A stretch of 64,000 nt of DNA from Dehalococcoidia bacterium (GTDB lineage: Bacteria; Chloroflexota; Dehalococcoidia; Plut-88900), in assembly GCA_965197645.1 (NCBI GenBank), contig OZ240219.1:3072001-3136000 (forward strand), given 5' to 3'. The notes under the pieces are model-generated. The model worked only from the letters and a program-made list of their open reading frames with translations, ran no database searches and was not told the origin of the DNA. Position numbers and translations under genes: made by a program. Shown here piece after piece: positions 39,196 to 50,653 of the stretch (the first letter of the stretch is position 1; each line of letters begins with the position of its first letter).

Positions 39196-39254
39196 CCCCC
39201 CACTTAGCGGGAGTCCAGAAGGTTTGTTTTTCCTGATGGAAGGTCTGGATTCCG
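39196..39254. repeat. REP-like palindromic element
   Basis: GCGGGAGTCCAGA...TCTGGATTCC inverted arms after efp. Confidence 0.45.
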
Positions 39255-39303
39255 TTACACAAGCCATCTGATCGCTGGCCTTGCTGGGAGCATAGGGTAC
39301 GAG

Positions 39304-40437
39304 ATGAAAAGATTCTGGACAATCATAGGCGTTGTGGCGATGTTGACACTCGCCTGCGCGTCTGAAGCGGCTGAGCTAACTCCTACACCCACTGCCCTGA
39401 CGACCCAGGTCGTGGCCACAACCGCTCCAGTGATAGAAGCGACGCCAACCCCTACCCTTGAGCCGACTTCCACCCCGTCTCCCACTCCAAGTCCAACGTT
39501 CACTCCGACTGCGGTGCCAACCCCGGAGCCCAAGCCTTGTGACACATCGGAAGCATCCAAGTACATTACTAAGCTACGAGACGCTCGCGCCTCATGGGGC
39601 AAGAGAGGGCAACAGATTATACAGGTGTACCGCGAAGCTGCTGCTGATAGAGCCCTGTTGCAGGACGAGGACTGGCAAGTACGAGCTAAGGTGGCAACCG
39701 ACAACTACGAGGACGCTGTTAAGGCTCTGGAGGATCTCGTGCCACCACCACTGCTCCGTCCCGTCCAGGACGACTTTGAGCGATCGGCGAAATACCTATC
39801 CCAGGCCACTACTGCTCTTGTTGACATGGTCAATAACCGTGATCCGGGATTTGGGGACGTCATCGATGAGAATATGGACCTGTTTGAGCAGTTCTTGTCG
39901 AGCGCTTCCGACAAGCTTGATGCACTGTGCCAGCTATCGACGGCCGAGATTGATCCCACGCCCACCGCCACTCCTACGCCGACCGCGACGCCCTACCCAA
40001 CCCCCACACGGACTCCTATATCTTTATTGGAACCGGCTCCTGAAGAGGATGCATACTTCGACGTCGTTGTCGAGATAATGATTGACATAGATGCGAGCCT
40101 TTATGCCTTTCAGAAGTTGGGAGAGCAAGTCAACTCTGATCCTTACAGTGTTTTTGACCAGGGTTGGCGAGCGGACATGGCCGAGGTAGTCGCCCAATTC
40201 TACGATCAGGCCAACCGCATCGACGCCTCTGGGCCCAGCGCGCCCGAGAGCACCCGCCACATCCAGGACGACATGGACAATATTGCTGAGGCCTTGCGTG
40301 GAGCGGGGGACGCATTGACCCACGCTATTGACAACATCGACGCGGCAAGCATGGGGTTAGCCGGCCTGTACATCGACCGCATTCTATTCCTCTTCGATGA
40401 CGTGTTCGATAAAATGGGGAAGTTCTATCGCCCATGA
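39304..40437 (+). CDS. Hypothetical lipoprotein with two PT-linker plus helical-bundle modules
   Basis: TLAC lipobox, two PTPTP tracts each followed by a helical domain. Confidence 0.8.
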   Translation: MKRFWTIIGVVAMLTLACASEAAELTPTPTALTTQVVATTAPVIEATPTPTLEPTSTPSPTPSPTFTPTAVPTPEPKPCDTSEASKYITKLRDARASWGKRGQQIIQVYREAAADRALLQDEDWQVRAKVATDNYEDAVKALEDLVPPPLLRPVQDDFERSAKYLSQATTALVDMVNNRDPGFGDVIDENMDLFEQFLSSASDKLDALCQLSTAEIDPTPTATPTPTATPYPTPTRTPISLLEPAPEEDAYFDVVVEIMIDIDASLYAFQKLGEQVNSDPYSVFDQGWRADMAEVVAQFYDQANRIDASGPSAPESTRHIQDDMDNIAEALRGAGDALTHAIDNIDAASMGLAGLYIDRILFLFDDVFDKMGKFYRP

Positions 40438-40582
40438 GCGGAGTAGAGCACTAAGAGGAGCATCGATGCGGCGGTTGAGAAAAAACGTAACAGTCTGTCC
40501 CCCCGAGCAACCCGCATTCGCTACACAGATACAGCAGAGGAAAACTAGTAGAATGATACTACAATGAGGGAGGTATAAAGCG

Positions 40583-40849
40583 ATGGCAGGATTGGACTCT
40601 GAGGCACCGTTTACGGAAGATAGGGATTCTATTGGCCGCGATCTCGACGAGGCTGAGACGATGATCCAGCTCTTGGAAATGGAGACCATCACCGGGGTCG
40701 AGATAGGCACAGAGACGGTGAAACTCTCACCGGAGGAATCCCAAGAATTCAAGTTGACAAAAATAGTGCCAGGGATTCTAAGAGTCCACCACAATCTAAT
40801 AGTGAAGCTGGATTACGAGCTGAACGAACTTCGCAAAAGGAAAGCATGA
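40583..40849 (+). CDS. Small hypothetical protein
   Basis: 88-aa ORF with GGAGGT RBS. Confidence 0.55.
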   Translation: MAGLDSEAPFTEDRDSIGRDLDEAETMIQLLEMETITGVEIGTETVKLSPEESQEFKLTKIVPGILRVHHNLIVKLDYELNELRKRKA

Positions 40850-40955
40850 AGCGCTCCATCAGACTGCGCAGCCCCCGATGAAAGAAACAGGCTCTTGTTC
40901 TTCAAGGAATCCTCATTCGCTAAACGGAGATAGCAGGTGCCAACCAACAGGAGAG

Positions 40956-41600
40956 ATGAACATGGAAGGTAAGAAGCTGGTACAGGAGCTGATCGTGCCG
41001 GTGGAGCGGGGCATCGCCTACCGCGTCAACAGGGGCCAGATCCAGCGGGTGATCATGATCGATGGCCCCCAGGTGGGCGACATGGCCGTCTTCAACGCCG
41101 ACAACCACCGGGAGACGTTCGATCCGGCCATATCCTACATCTACAATAGCGTCCAGGGCACCGGCACCGATAAGCGTATCCGGGACTTCTACTCTCGACC
41201 GCCCCATATCAACGTTATGTTAACCGTCACCGAGGATACCGTCGGCTCTCACTGGGTGGTCAACGGCGGCAAGTGCACGCCCTTCCGGTACAAGCTTATG
41301 GGCGTAGATGGATACCATCGGAACTGTTTCGATAACCTGGCCGAAGCCATAGCTCCCTACGGCCTGACCCCAGAGGACGTGCCCGACGTGAACAACATGT
41401 TCATGAACGTGGAGAACGATGAGGATGGCCGCTACCAGTTTCTACCGCCGACGGGCGGGAAGGGCGACTACATAGACCTGCGAGCCGAGATGGACTGCCT
41501 GGTGGCGATGTCGGCCTGTCCCGCGGGCGACCAGTCGATCATCAACGGCGAAGGCCCCGACGCCGGCAACAAACGCCTCAAGATCGAGATCTGGGAGTAA
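40956..41600 (+). CDS. DUF1989 / urea carboxylase-associated family protein
   Basis: GPQVGD, NCFDNLAEA, GDYIDLRAEMDCLVAMSACP. Confidence 0.88.
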   Translation: MNMEGKKLVQELIVPVERGIAYRVNRGQIQRVIMIDGPQVGDMAVFNADNHRETFDPAISYIYNSVQGTGTDKRIRDFYSRPPHINVMLTVTEDTVGSHWVVNGGKCTPFRYKLMGVDGYHRNCFDNLAEAIAPYGLTPEDVPDVNNMFMNVENDEDGRYQFLPPTGGKGDYIDLRAEMDCLVAMSACPAGDQSIINGEGPDAGNKRLKIEIWE

Positions 41601-41609
41601 CCCCCGTCG

Positions 41610-42374
41610 ATGCTCAAGCTGGGCTGGTTCTCCACGGGCAGGGGACCGGGCTCGCGTAACCTGCTCACCACCGTCAACGATGCTATCTCCCGCGGCTACA
41701 TCGATGCCCGTATAGAGTTCGTTTTCTCCAATCGTGAGTACGGCGAGGCCGGGGGCAGCGACGAGTTTCAAGACCTGGTACAGAGCCTGGGTCTGGACCT
41801 GGCCTGCCTTTCCTTTCGCAGGTTCAAGCGGGAGTGGCCCGGCGACCAGTGGCGCAATCGCTACGACCGGGAAGTGATCGCCAAACTGGCCAGCTTTCAC
41901 CCCGACCTGTGCGTCCTGGCCGGCTATATGCTCATCCTCAGCCCCGAGCTCTGCAACCATTACACCTGCATCAACCTCCATCCCGCAGCGCCCGGCGCTC
42001 CCGAAGGCACCTGGCAAGAGGTAATCTGGAAGCTAATCGACCAGCGAGCCGCCCACAGCGGCATAAGGATTCACCTGGTGACGGAGGAGCTGGACCAGGG
42101 TCCGATAGTGACTTACTGTACCTACCCGATAATCGGGCTCGAGTTCGACAATCTATGGGCCGGAGTAGAAGGCAGGTCTGCGGAAGTGATTCAGGCGGAA
42201 GAGGGGGAGGAATTGCCGCTGTTCAAAACCATTCGGGAGGAGGGAGCAAAGAGGGAGCTCCCCCTTCTCGTTGAGACTATCAGGTCGGTTGCAGACGGCT
42301 CTATAGACCTGACCTCAAACGCGGCCATTAGGCCCTTGGACCTGACCCAGTCTATCGAGGCGAGCCTGGGTTGA
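41610..42374 (+). CDS. purN: Phosphoribosylglycinamide formyltransferase
   Basis: GWFSTGRG, LAGYMLIL, INLHPA, HLVTEELDQGP. Confidence 0.88.
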   Translation: MLKLGWFSTGRGPGSRNLLTTVNDAISRGYIDARIEFVFSNREYGEAGGSDEFQDLVQSLGLDLACLSFRRFKREWPGDQWRNRYDREVIAKLASFHPDLCVLAGYMLILSPELCNHYTCINLHPAAPGAPEGTWQEVIWKLIDQRAAHSGIRIHLVTEELDQGPIVTYCTYPIIGLEFDNLWAGVEGRSAEVIQAEEGEELPLFKTIREEGAKRELPLLVETIRSVADGSIDLTSNAAIRPLDLTQSIEASLG

Positions 42375-42403
42375 TGCCGTTGTTAGCCTGAATCCATACC
42401 TTC

Positions 42404-42442
42404 GTCATTGCGAGCCCCGATAAAGTCAGGGCGTGGCAATCT
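42404..42442. repeat. GTCATTGCGAG-type REP-like element
   Basis: GTCATTGCGAGCCCCGATAAAGTCAGGGCGTGGCAATCT hairpin between convergent genes. Confidence 0.55.
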
Positions 42443-42536
42443 AGCTAGGTTGGTTAGGACCACTTGTCAAGAGGGTTGGGCTTTCTTCCAAGTGAGCCCG
42501 GCTAGGGGCCAGGCCGGAACGGCTACTCACAGACCG

Positions 42537-43325
42537 CTAGCGGCCTTTGTACTGGGCCTGCCGTTTCTCCGTGAAGGCCAACGGCCCTTCGCGAGCATCA
42601 TCTGTCAAGCGGAGCCGGTTCGATACAAGCTCCTCGAGACGCATGCCCTGCTCCAGCGGCATATCGACTCCCTTGTAAGCCAGCTCTTTGATGGCCCGCA
42701 CCGCCAACGGCCCGTTGCTGTTGATCTTGTCCGCCAGAGCTTGGGCTTCCGGTAGCAACTCCGAGTGGTCCACGACCTTGTTTACCAGCCCCAGCTGGTG
42801 GGCCTCCTCAGATCCGATCCTGTTGCCGGTTATCAGCAGCTCCAACGCACGACGGAAGGGAATGAATCGAGGCAGACGCTGCGTGCCGCCACCGCCCGGT
42901 AGTATCGCTCTGGTCACCTCCGCCAAGCCGAAGGAGGCGTGCTCGGATGCGATGATGAGGTCACAGGCCATCGCCAGCTCCAAGCCGCCCGCCAGACAGT
43001 AGCCGTTGACCGCAGCGATTATCGGCTTCCAGACCTGCATGGTCCTCCAGTTGATGCTGGCCCGTCGCTGGGGCACCAGGTCGCTGTTCCCTTGGTCTAT
43101 GTGATCGCGGCTTTGGGACATCTCCTTGAGGTCGGCCCCCGCTGAGAAGGCCCGGTCTCCGGCGCCTGTTATGATGGCGCACCAGATATCGGAATCATCC
43201 CGGATCCGCTCCCAGGACTCGCTCAGGGCGTTCCAGGTTTCGGTATCAAGGGCGTTCATCACCTCCGGCCTGTTGATGGTGACGCGGGCCACCCGGTCTC
43301 TTACTTCGAATATGACCTTGGGCAT
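42537..43325 (-). CDS. Enoyl-CoA hydratase/isomerase
   Basis: NRPEVMNA, AFSAGADL, AAVNGYCLAGGLEL, FGLAE, GGGTQRLPR. Confidence 0.95.
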   Translation of the reverse strand: MPKVIFEVRDRVARVTINRPEVMNALDTETWNALSESWERIRDDSDIWCAIITGAGDRAFSAGADLKEMSQSRDHIDQGNSDLVPQRRASINWRTMQVWKPIIAAVNGYCLAGGLELAMACDLIIASEHASFGLAEVTRAILPGGGGTQRLPRFIPFRRALELLITGNRIGSEEAHQLGLVNKVVDHSELLPEAQALADKINSNGPLAVRAIKELAYKGVDMPLEQGMRLEELVSNRLRLTDDAREGPLAFTEKRQAQYKGR

Positions 43326-43358
43326 CGGTCCCTCCAGAAGATCTCTGTTTGCAGTGTG

Positions 43359-44165
43359 CTATCGAGCTTTGAACTGGGGTTTACGCTTCTCGGAAAATGC
43401 GGTAGGCCCTTCGAGGGCATCTTCGGTTGTGCTTATCAACTCCGCGAAGGCCTCCTCGAACAATCTAGCCTGGCGATAGTACAGGTTGTACCCGCGATAG
43501 ACGTTTTCCTTGATCGCTCGGACGGCCAGCGGGCCGTTTTCACATATCCTCCGGGCGAGTGCTTCGGCGGTGGACATCACCTCGGCGGCGGGGACCACCC
43601 GGTTGATGAGGCCCGCCCGATGGGCTTCTTTGGCGTCGATACGGTCGCCGGTCAGGAGCAGCTCCATGGCCAGGCAGACCGGCATATATCTGGGGAGCCT
43701 GTCTACTCCCCCGCCGCTGGGGATCGCTCCCCAACGGACCTCCTGAAGCCCGAACTCGGCGTGTTCCGCCGCTACCCTCAGGTCGCAGGCGAGGGCGATC
43801 TCGAGTCCGCCGGCGACGCAGTAGCCGTTTATGGCGGCGATGGCCGGGGTGCTTATCTCCAGATCGAAAATGGAAGGGCGCTTGACGGGTCGTTCAATGG
43901 TGAGGTCTCCACCGGCCCATTCGCTGCTACCCTTTTCCGCCACATCCTTCAGGTCTTGCCCGGTGCAGAAGGCCTTGTCACCGGTGCCGGTTATCACTAT
44001 CACCCAAACGTCTGGGTCTTCGTCCAAATCGAGCCACGTTTGGCCCAGCTGGTCCCAGTGGGCGCCGGTCATGGCGTTGAGCCGTTCGGGACGGTTCATA
44101 GTGATGTAGGCGATGCGGTCCTTTTTTTCGATTAGAAGGTGTTGTCTGATGTCCTCGTCCGGCAT
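43359..44165 (-). CDS. Enoyl-CoA hydratase/isomerase (paralog)
   Basis: NRPERLNA, FCTGQDL, AINGYCVAGGLEI, FGLQE. Confidence 0.95.
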   Translation of the reverse strand: MPDEDIRQHLLIEKKDRIAYITMNRPERLNAMTGAHWDQLGQTWLDLDEDPDVWVIVITGTGDKAFCTGQDLKDVAEKGSSEWAGGDLTIERPVKRPSIFDLEISTPAIAAINGYCVAGGLEIALACDLRVAAEHAEFGLQEVRWGAIPSGGGVDRLPRYMPVCLAMELLLTGDRIDAKEAHRAGLINRVVPAAEVMSTAEALARRICENGPLAVRAIKENVYRGYNLYYRQARLFEEAFAELISTTEDALEGPTAFSEKRKPQFKAR

Positions 44166-44295
44166 TCTTCCCTCCCTGGAAGTGGCTGATCGCAAATGGC
44201 GCGTGGCCGATTTTATCACAGGACAGAGGATCACGGGGGAGGGTCGTGTTGGTACGAGAGGAAACCGGCGGCGGAGAAGAACGGGACAGAACGGC

Positions 44296-45582
44296 CTAGG
44301 CTGTCTTACCCTCGCCCAGGTCGTAGGAGATGGCCTTGCCCTCGGTAGTTAGGAGGAGTGGTGGGCGTTTTCTGGCGATCACGTCGGCATCGACGACGCA
44401 TCTGGCCACGTTGGTCATCGAGGGAACGTCATACATCACGTCTATAAGTGCTTCTTCGATAATCGAGCGGAGACCTCGGGCCCCGGTCTGGTACCGCACG
44501 GCCATGGCGGCCGCCGCCTCCAGGGCATCCGGTTTGAAGACCAGATCGACGTTCTCCAGCTCGAAGATCCGCTCGTACTGCCGGACTATCGCGTTCTTGG
44601 GTTCCGTCAGGATGCGGACCAGGGCCTCTTTGTCCAGCGAGTTTACGCCGACGACTAAGGGCAGCCTGCCGACGAACTCGGGGATCAGGCCGTAGCCCAG
44701 CAGGTCCTCGGGGATCACCTGCCCGATGAGCATGTCGAACTCTTTGGGCACCCTCTGCACCCCGTACTGCGCCGTAAAACCTATGCTCTTGACGTCTTTG
44801 TTTACCCGCTGCTCGATGATGTCCTCCAGCCCGTCGAAGGCGCCTCCGCAGATAAACAGGATGTTCTTGGTGTTGATCTGCAGGTACTCCTGATGGGGGT
44901 GCTTTCGGCCGCCCTGGGGTGGCACATTGGCCACGCACCCTTCGACGACCTTCAGCAACGCCTGCTGCACACCCTCGCCGGTGACATCTCTGGTGATGGA
45001 GGGATTCGGGCTTTTACGAGCTATCTTATCGATCTCATCTATGTAGATGATGCCCTGCTCCGCTCGGGCGATGTCGTACTCGGCGGCCTGTATCAGACGG
45101 AGCAGGATGTTCTCGACGTCTTCGCCCACATATCCCGCCTCCGTCAGAGTCGTAGCGTCGGAGATGGCGAAGGGGACATCCAGCACCTTCGCCAGGGTCT
45201 GGGCTAGCAGGGTCTTGCCGCATCCGGTGGGACCGACCATGAGGATGTTGGTCTTGTCCAGCTCCACATCCGAGTCGTCTTTGCTGTTGATGCGCTTGTA
45301 GTGGTTGTAGACGGCCACACTCAGCACTTTCTTGGCTCGGTCTTGGCCCACTACGTACTGGCTCAGCTCCTCGAAAAGCTGTTTGGGCGTCGGAGCGCTT
45401 TCGATGAAAAGGGACTTCTCCGACGATGCTTGCTCTTCATCGATGAGCTGTTGGCACAGCTGAATGCAGCCATCGCAGATGAAGGTCATCCCTTGCCCCG
45501 CGATGAGACGCCGGACCTCGTTCTGACCCTTGGAGCAGAACGAGCAGGTGTAGTTGGTGCTGGAACTGTTTGAGTCAGCCAT
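44296..45582 (-). CDS. clpX: Clp protease ATPase ClpX
   Basis: CSFCSK zinc finger, [24 protein letters not shown] loop. Confidence 0.98.
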   Translation of the reverse strand: MADSNSSSTNYTCSFCSKGQNEVRRLIAGQGMTFICDGCIQLCQQLIDEEQASSEKSLFIESAPTPKQLFEELSQYVVGQDRAKKVLSVAVYNHYKRINSKDDSDVELDKTNILMVGPTGCGKTLLAQTLAKVLDVPFAISDATTLTEAGYVGEDVENILLRLIQAAEYDIARAEQGIIYIDEIDKIARKSPNPSITRDVTGEGVQQALLKVVEGCVANVPPQGGRKHPHQEYLQINTKNILFICGGAFDGLEDIIEQRVNKDVKSIGFTAQYGVQRVPKEFDMLIGQVIPEDLLGYGLIPEFVGRLPLVVGVNSLDKEALVRILTEPKNAIVRQYERIFELENVDLVFKPDALEAAAAMAVRYQTGARGLRSIIEEALIDVMYDVPSMTNVARCVVDADVIARKRPPLLLTTEGKAISYDLGEGKTA

Positions 45583-45614
45583 GATACCTCAAGACCGAGA
45601 AGGAAACGGCCCGA

Positions 45615-46241
45615 TCAGGCGGTCTTCTGCTCTTCCTTCTCGGCCTCTCCACCCAGAATTTCATCTACTAGGCCGTACTCCTGGGCCCGCTCAGGTGTAA
45701 GGTAGAAGTCCCTATCGGTGTCCCGAGCGATCTTATCGTAGTCCTGGCCCGTGTTACTGGACAGAATGGTGCGGATCTTGTCCTGAAGCCGGACTATTTC
45801 TTTGGCTGCTATCTCTATATCGGATGCCTGACCCTGGGCACCACCCATGGGCTGGTGCATGTGAACGGTGGAGTTGGGCAGTGCATATCGCTTGCCCTTC
45901 TCCCCCCCGCTCAGCAGCACGGTGCCCATGCTGGCGGCCATGCCGATGCAGATGGCGGATACGTCACAACGGATCAGCCGCATGGTGTCGTAGATGGCCA
46001 GACCGGAGCTGATGACGCCTCCGGGACAGTTGATATAGAGGCTGATGTCTTTTTCAGGGTCTTCCCGCTCTAGATACAGTAGCTGGGCAACGATCAGATT
46101 GGCGACCTGATCGTTGATGGGGGTGCCCAGGAATACCACCCGTTCTTTGAGCAGGAGGGAGTAGATATCGAAGGCCCTATCTCCCCTGGCCCCACTTTCG
46201 ATGATCATGGGAATGATGTTCTCAGCTTGCATTGGGTTCAT
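45615..46241 (-). CDS. clpP: Clp protease proteolytic subunit
   Basis: [28 protein letters not shown]. Confidence 0.98.
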   Translation of the reverse strand: MNPMQAENIIPMIIESGARGDRAFDIYSLLLKERVVFLGTPINDQVANLIVAQLLYLEREDPEKDISLYINCPGGVISSGLAIYDTMRLIRCDVSAICIGMAASMGTVLLSGGEKGKRYALPNSTVHMHQPMGGAQGQASDIEIAAKEIVRLQDKIRTILSSNTGQDYDKIARDTDRDFYLTPERAQEYGLVDEILGGEAEKEEQKTA

Positions 46242-47574
46242 CGCCTTTCTCCTCGGTAGTTTCTTCGTTAGCCTGTTCCGGCTCTGAAGGAGGCTCTTCA
46301 CTCTGTGCGATACTCTTCAACGCCTCCAACGATTTCCTCATAAGTATAGACTGCCTTACAGAGGAGCGGGCCTCCTCTCTAAGGAGCTGCTCCCTCACTT
46401 CCTGCCCCCTCTCCCCGGCCGACTCCACCATCTGCCTGATCTCTTGCTGTACCTCTTTCTCTTCGACGGTGACCTTTTCCTCCTCGGACAGCTTGTTCAG
46501 CAGCAGCGAGGTAGTGACACGTTTATCGGCCAGTTCCTTGAAGCCATCCCTGAGCTCTTCGACGGTCTTGCCGATGGCTTTGAGGTAGTTGTCGTACTTG
46601 AGACCTCGAGCTGCCAGGGCCCGGGCCTCGTCCATGATGATGTGGTCTATCTCCCTCTCACGAAGGACCGGGGGCGCCTGAATGCTGGCCTTGCTTTTCA
46701 GTGCCTCGACCAGGGCGTCCTCGTACTTCCCTTCCGCTTCGTGCTCGGCGTGGGTCTCCAGGTCCTCCCGTATGCTTGCTCTCAGGGACTCCAGGTCGTC
46801 GTGCTCGTCTCCAAGACTTTTTGCGAAATCGTCGTCCAGGGGCGCCAGCTCCTTTGCCTTGGTCTCGTGGACGGTTACCTCGAAGAGGCACTCCTTGCCG
46901 ACCAAGTCCTTGTCCGAGTAGCTCTCGGGCATAGTCAGGGTGAACTGCTTGGGCTCGCCGACTGTCATGTTCTCCAGCTGCTCGGAGAACCCGGGGACCG
47001 GCTCGGGAGAACCGGCGGTGGGGTTGAAGGACACGCCTTCTTCACCTATCACAGTCTTCCCATCCACCTTCCCTTGCACATCCAGCGTAACCATGTCTCC
47101 AAGCTTGACCGGCCCCTCGGAGGGCTGCCAAGGCGCCCGTCGATACCGTATCTCCTCCAGGGTGTTCTCAACCTGCTCCGGCGATATCTCCGCCTCCTCT
47201 TTGAGGGTGCGGATGGACTTGTAGTCGCCCAACTCAACGATAGGCTTCAGTGATACGGTGGCCTTGAGCTTCACCGGGTCTCGCTCCACCACCTCCACAT
47301 CGGGGTTATCGAGCGCGTTCAAGTCCTGCTCTTCGATGGCCTTGGTGACCACGGTGGGTGCGAGCTCATCAAGGGCCTCGTCCAGGAGGACGTCCTTGCC
47401 TACAAAGCTCTGGAGGACCGTCCGGGGCGCTTTGCCGGGGCGAAAACCGGGTATTCTTACCCGCTGCACCAGCCGTTTGTAGGTCTGCTGGACCGAGTGC
47501 TCTACCTCTTCTCCGTCCACCTCTATGTTGAGTATTACCTGGCAGTCAGGAAGATTTTCAGCGGTGATCTTCAA
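46222..47574 (-). CDS. tig: Trigger factor
   Basis: [10 protein letters not shown]; tig-clpP-clpX synteny. Confidence 0.97.
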   Translation of the reverse strand: MKITAENLPDCQVILNIEVDGEEVEHSVQQTYKRLVQRVRIPGFRPGKAPRTVLQSFVGKDVLLDEALDELAPTVVTKAIEEQDLNALDNPDVEVVERDPVKLKATVSLKPIVELGDYKSIRTLKEEAEISPEQVENTLEEIRYRRAPWQPSEGPVKLGDMVTLDVQGKVDGKTVIGEEGVSFNPTAGSPEPVPGFSEQLENMTVGEPKQFTLTMPESYSDKDLVGKECLFEVTVHETKAKELAPLDDDFAKSLGDEHDDLESLRASIREDLETHAEHEAEGKYEDALVEALKSKASIQAPPVLREREIDHIIMDEARALAARGLKYDNYLKAIGKTVEELRDGFKELADKRVTTSLLLNKLSEEEKVTVEEKEVQQEIRQMVESAGERGQEVREQLLREEARSSVRQSILMRKSLEALKSIAQSEEPPSEPEQANEETTEEKGDEPNAS

Positions 47575-47644
47575 TTATCGACCTCAATGCATTGGTGATG
47601 AATTATAGCACGTGGGGGCCATCAGCCCGCTCGAAGTAGCCGGC

Positions 47645-49432
47645 TCACGGCTCAGGCAGTCTCAAATGCAGCTCTTTGAGCTGCTGAGCGTCGACGGGTG
47701 ACGGAGCATCGGTCATCAGGTCTATAGCCGCCTGGTTCTTGGGGAAGGCGATGGTCTCCCTGATGCTGTTTTCCCCTGCCAGAATAGCGACCCATCTGTC
47801 CAGCCCGGCCCCGATTCCCCCGTGGGGCGGAGCGCCGTATTCGAAGGCCTCCAGCATGTGACCGAACCGGGCCAGGGCGTCTTCCTCCGAGTAGTTCAGC
47901 AGCGAAAACACCTTCTGCTGCAGCTCCCGGTTGTGGATGCGGATGCTTCCACTGAGCAGCTCCTGGCCGTTGCAGACCATATCGTAGCTTCTGGCGCGCA
48001 CCGCACCGGGGTCTGAGTCCAGCAGGCTGACGTCCTCAGGATTAGGGGAGGTGAAGGGGTGATGGTTGGACTCCCATCTTCGGGCCTCCTCGTCCCACTC
48101 CACCAGGGGCTGATCGATGATGAACAGGAAAGCGAGCTCATCAGGGTCTACTAGGCCCAACCTTTCGCCCATCTCCTGCCTCAAAGCGGCCAGGGCGGTG
48201 TTGGTCACTTTTTCCGGCCCGGCCATTATCAGCAGCAGGTCGCCTTGACTCCCCTCCAAGCGTACTATCAGCTCCTTCAGCTTCTCCTCGCTGAGGTGCC
48301 TGGAAGCGATGGAGCGGACCTTTTGGGGGTCGAAGGAGTCGTCGATAGGTCCCTCGAGGGCCATGGTGACCAGGCCCTGCGCGCCGCGAGCCTTGACGAA
48401 TTCGGTAAGCTCGTCCGTTTGTCTCCTGGTGTAGCCGGCACACCCCGGGGCCCTGAGGCCTTTGACTATCCCGCCGTCCGCGACCGTTGCGCTAAACACC
48501 TTGAACCCCGAGTTTTCGGCCAGGTCGGTAAGACCGACAAGCTCCAGTCCGAAACGGAGGTCCGGCTTGTCGGAGCCGTACCGCTCCATCACGTCGGCAT
48601 AGGGCAGGCGGGGAAAGGGCTTGTTGAGCTTCTTGCCGGGCGTCACCGATTCGGCCATAGTGGAGTAGAGCGACTCCATCAAGCCGAGGATATCGTTCTC
48701 GTCGATGAAGCTCATCTCCAGGTCCAGCTGGGTGAACTCGGGTTGCCTGTCGGCCCGCTGGTCCTCGTCCCGGAAGCACCGGGCAATCTGGAAGTACTTC
48801 TCAAAACCGGCCACCATCAGTAGCTGCTTGAGCTGCTGAGGCGACTGAGGCAGCGCGTACATCGAGCCGGGATAAAGGCGGCTGGGAACCAGGTAGTCCC
48901 TGGCGCCCTCGGGGGTGCTCTTTATCAGGACCGGCGTCTCTATCTCGAGGAAGTCCTCCCTGTCCAGGAAGTCCCTGATGTACTTGACCACCTTGTGACG
49001 TAGGTGGATGTTATTCTGCATCCTGGCTCGCCGCAGGTCCAGGTAGCGATACTTGAGCCGCAACGATTCGTCGACCTCCACCTCTTCGTTGATGTAGAAG
49101 GGCGGGGTCTTGGAGGAGTTGAGCACCTCAGGCTCCAGGGCGATGACCTCTATCTCACCTGTGTCCAGATTTTTGTTCTCGGTACCCTTGGGACGCAGAG
49201 CAACCTTGCCGCCGACCTTGACTACCCACTCGTTTCGAAAGGAGGAGGCGACTTGATGGGCCTCGGAGGATGTGTCGGGATTGAAGACCACCTGGGCAAC
49301 GCCGGACCTGTCTCGAAGCTCGATGAAGATCAAGCCCCCCAGGTCTCTTCTGCGGTGGACCCAGCCGGCCAGGACGACGTCGGCGCCCACGTCTTCTTTT
49401 CGCAACTCGCCACACCTATGGGTCTTCAGCAC
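47645..49432 (-). CDS. aspS: Aspartyl-tRNA synthetase
   Basis: RLKYRYLDLR, PEGARDY, PQSPQ, FRDED..DRQPEFTQ, GAPPHGG. Confidence 0.98.
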   Translation of the reverse strand: MLKTHRCGELRKEDVGADVVLAGWVHRRRDLGGLIFIELRDRSGVAQVVFNPDTSSEAHQVASSFRNEWVVKVGGKVALRPKGTENKNLDTGEIEVIALEPEVLNSSKTPPFYINEEVEVDESLRLKYRYLDLRRARMQNNIHLRHKVVKYIRDFLDREDFLEIETPVLIKSTPEGARDYLVPSRLYPGSMYALPQSPQQLKQLLMVAGFEKYFQIARCFRDEDQRADRQPEFTQLDLEMSFIDENDILGLMESLYSTMAESVTPGKKLNKPFPRLPYADVMERYGSDKPDLRFGLELVGLTDLAENSGFKVFSATVADGGIVKGLRAPGCAGYTRRQTDELTEFVKARGAQGLVTMALEGPIDDSFDPQKVRSIASRHLSEEKLKELIVRLEGSQGDLLLIMAGPEKVTNTALAALRQEMGERLGLVDPDELAFLFIIDQPLVEWDEEARRWESNHHPFTSPNPEDVSLLDSDPGAVRARSYDMVCNGQELLSGSIRIHNRELQQKVFSLLNYSEEDALARFGHMLEAFEYGAPPHGGIGAGLDRWVAILAGENSIRETIAFPKNQAAIDLMTDAPSPVDAQQLKELHLRLPEP

Positions 49433-49588
49433 TTGGTCTTACCTTTCATCACGCAATCCATCCGGTAACAGAACCTTGTAGACATTCCGGCAGATTATAT
49501 GTGATGGAGCCGAAATCTTTCAACGAGCGGATGGCGTGGACGCGCCAAGGCGGGGTTCGAGGAAATGGAGAAGGAGGGAGGAAAGGGG

Positions 49589-50611
49589 TTAGATGTACCC
49601 TTCGAGTCTGTCCTTGATCCGGGAGTCGCGAAGCTGTTTGAGGGCGCCGCTCTGAATCTGGCGGACCCGCTCCCGGGTGATGCCTAGAGTGTGTCCGACC
49701 TCTTTCAGGGTGTACTCCCGGCCATCTCTCAAGCCGTATCTCAGCTCCATTACCTCCCGTTCACGGGGGGTGAGAACTTCGAGCACCCTGTCCAAGTCCT
49801 CCCTCAGAAGCCGCTCGGATGCTTCGTCGCTGGGAGAAGGCGTTTTGGTGTCGCTGATGAAGTCCCCTATGAACAAGCCGTTCTCACCTCTAGGCTGGTC
49901 CAGGGATATGCCCTGCTGCCAGGCCATCATCACCCGCTCCACCTTGGAGACGTCTATCCCGGTCTCGGTGGCGACCTCCTCGGCGGTGGGCCTGCGCTCC
50001 AGTTTCTGGACCATCGACTGGACGGCCTTGTCCACCTTGGTGGCGAGCTCGCCCAGATGAACGGGCAGACGGATCAGGTGGCCATGGTCCGTCAACGCCC
50101 GCATAACGGCCTGACGGATCCACCAGGTAGCATAGGTGCTGAAACGGAATCCACGGCTGTAATCGTACTTCTCTACGGCTCTCATCAAACCGAGATTACC
50201 CTCCTGGATCAGGTCCAGAAGCGGCAGTCCCTTGCCCTGATACTTCTTGGCTATGCTTACAACCAGCCTCAGGTTGGACTCGATGAGCCGCCGGCGAGCG
50301 GACTCGCTAACGGTGATCGACTGCTCCAGCTTATCGGCGACGTCGGAGCTGTGAGCACTCTCGGTAAGGGCCTCTTTGGCGTAGTTTCCCTGCTCTATCG
50401 CCTTGGCAAGGACAACCTCCTCTTCGGCGGTCAACAGCTCGGCGGCGCCAATCTCACGCAGGTAGTCCTTGATCGGCTCATAGGACGGCGCCTCTTCCGA
50501 GGGATCTTTGACGATATTTCCCGACCGGACGGACGCGGTGCCAGCCGGGGAGTTCTCGATCAGCTCGATAAGCTCTGCGAAGGGGTCTTTTACTTTGGTT
50601 GGCGAGTTCAT
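49589..50611 (-). CDS. Sigma70 factor (RpoD/SigA-like, short N-terminus)
   Basis: YLREIG, NLRLVVSIAK, DLIQEGNLGL, FSTYATWWIRQ, TRERVRQI. Confidence 0.95.
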   Translation of the reverse strand: MNSPTKVKDPFAELIELIENSPAGTASVRSGNIVKDPSEEAPSYEPIKDYLREIGAAELLTAEEEVVLAKAIEQGNYAKEALTESAHSSDVADKLEQSITVSESARRRLIESNLRLVVSIAKKYQGKGLPLLDLIQEGNLGLMRAVEKYDYSRGFRFSTYATWWIRQAVMRALTDHGHLIRLPVHLGELATKVDKAVQSMVQKLERRPTAEEVATETGIDVSKVERVMMAWQQGISLDQPRGENGLFIGDFISDTKTPSPSDEASERLLREDLDRVLEVLTPREREVMELRYGLRDGREYTLKEVGHTLGITRERVRQIQSGALKQLRDSRIKDRLEGYI

Positions 50612-50653
50612 CGTAGGTTCCTTGGCCCCTGTTTCATGCCTGTTTACGCCTAT

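Noticed and set aside
37827-39203. 458-aa minus-strand ORF
   Set aside because: Antisense shadow of the aminopeptidase and efp in GC-rich DNA.
40850-40955. Guanidine riboswitch before the DUF1989 gene
   Set aside because: No recognisable ykkC or mini-ykkC motifs by eye; an Infernal search would settle it.
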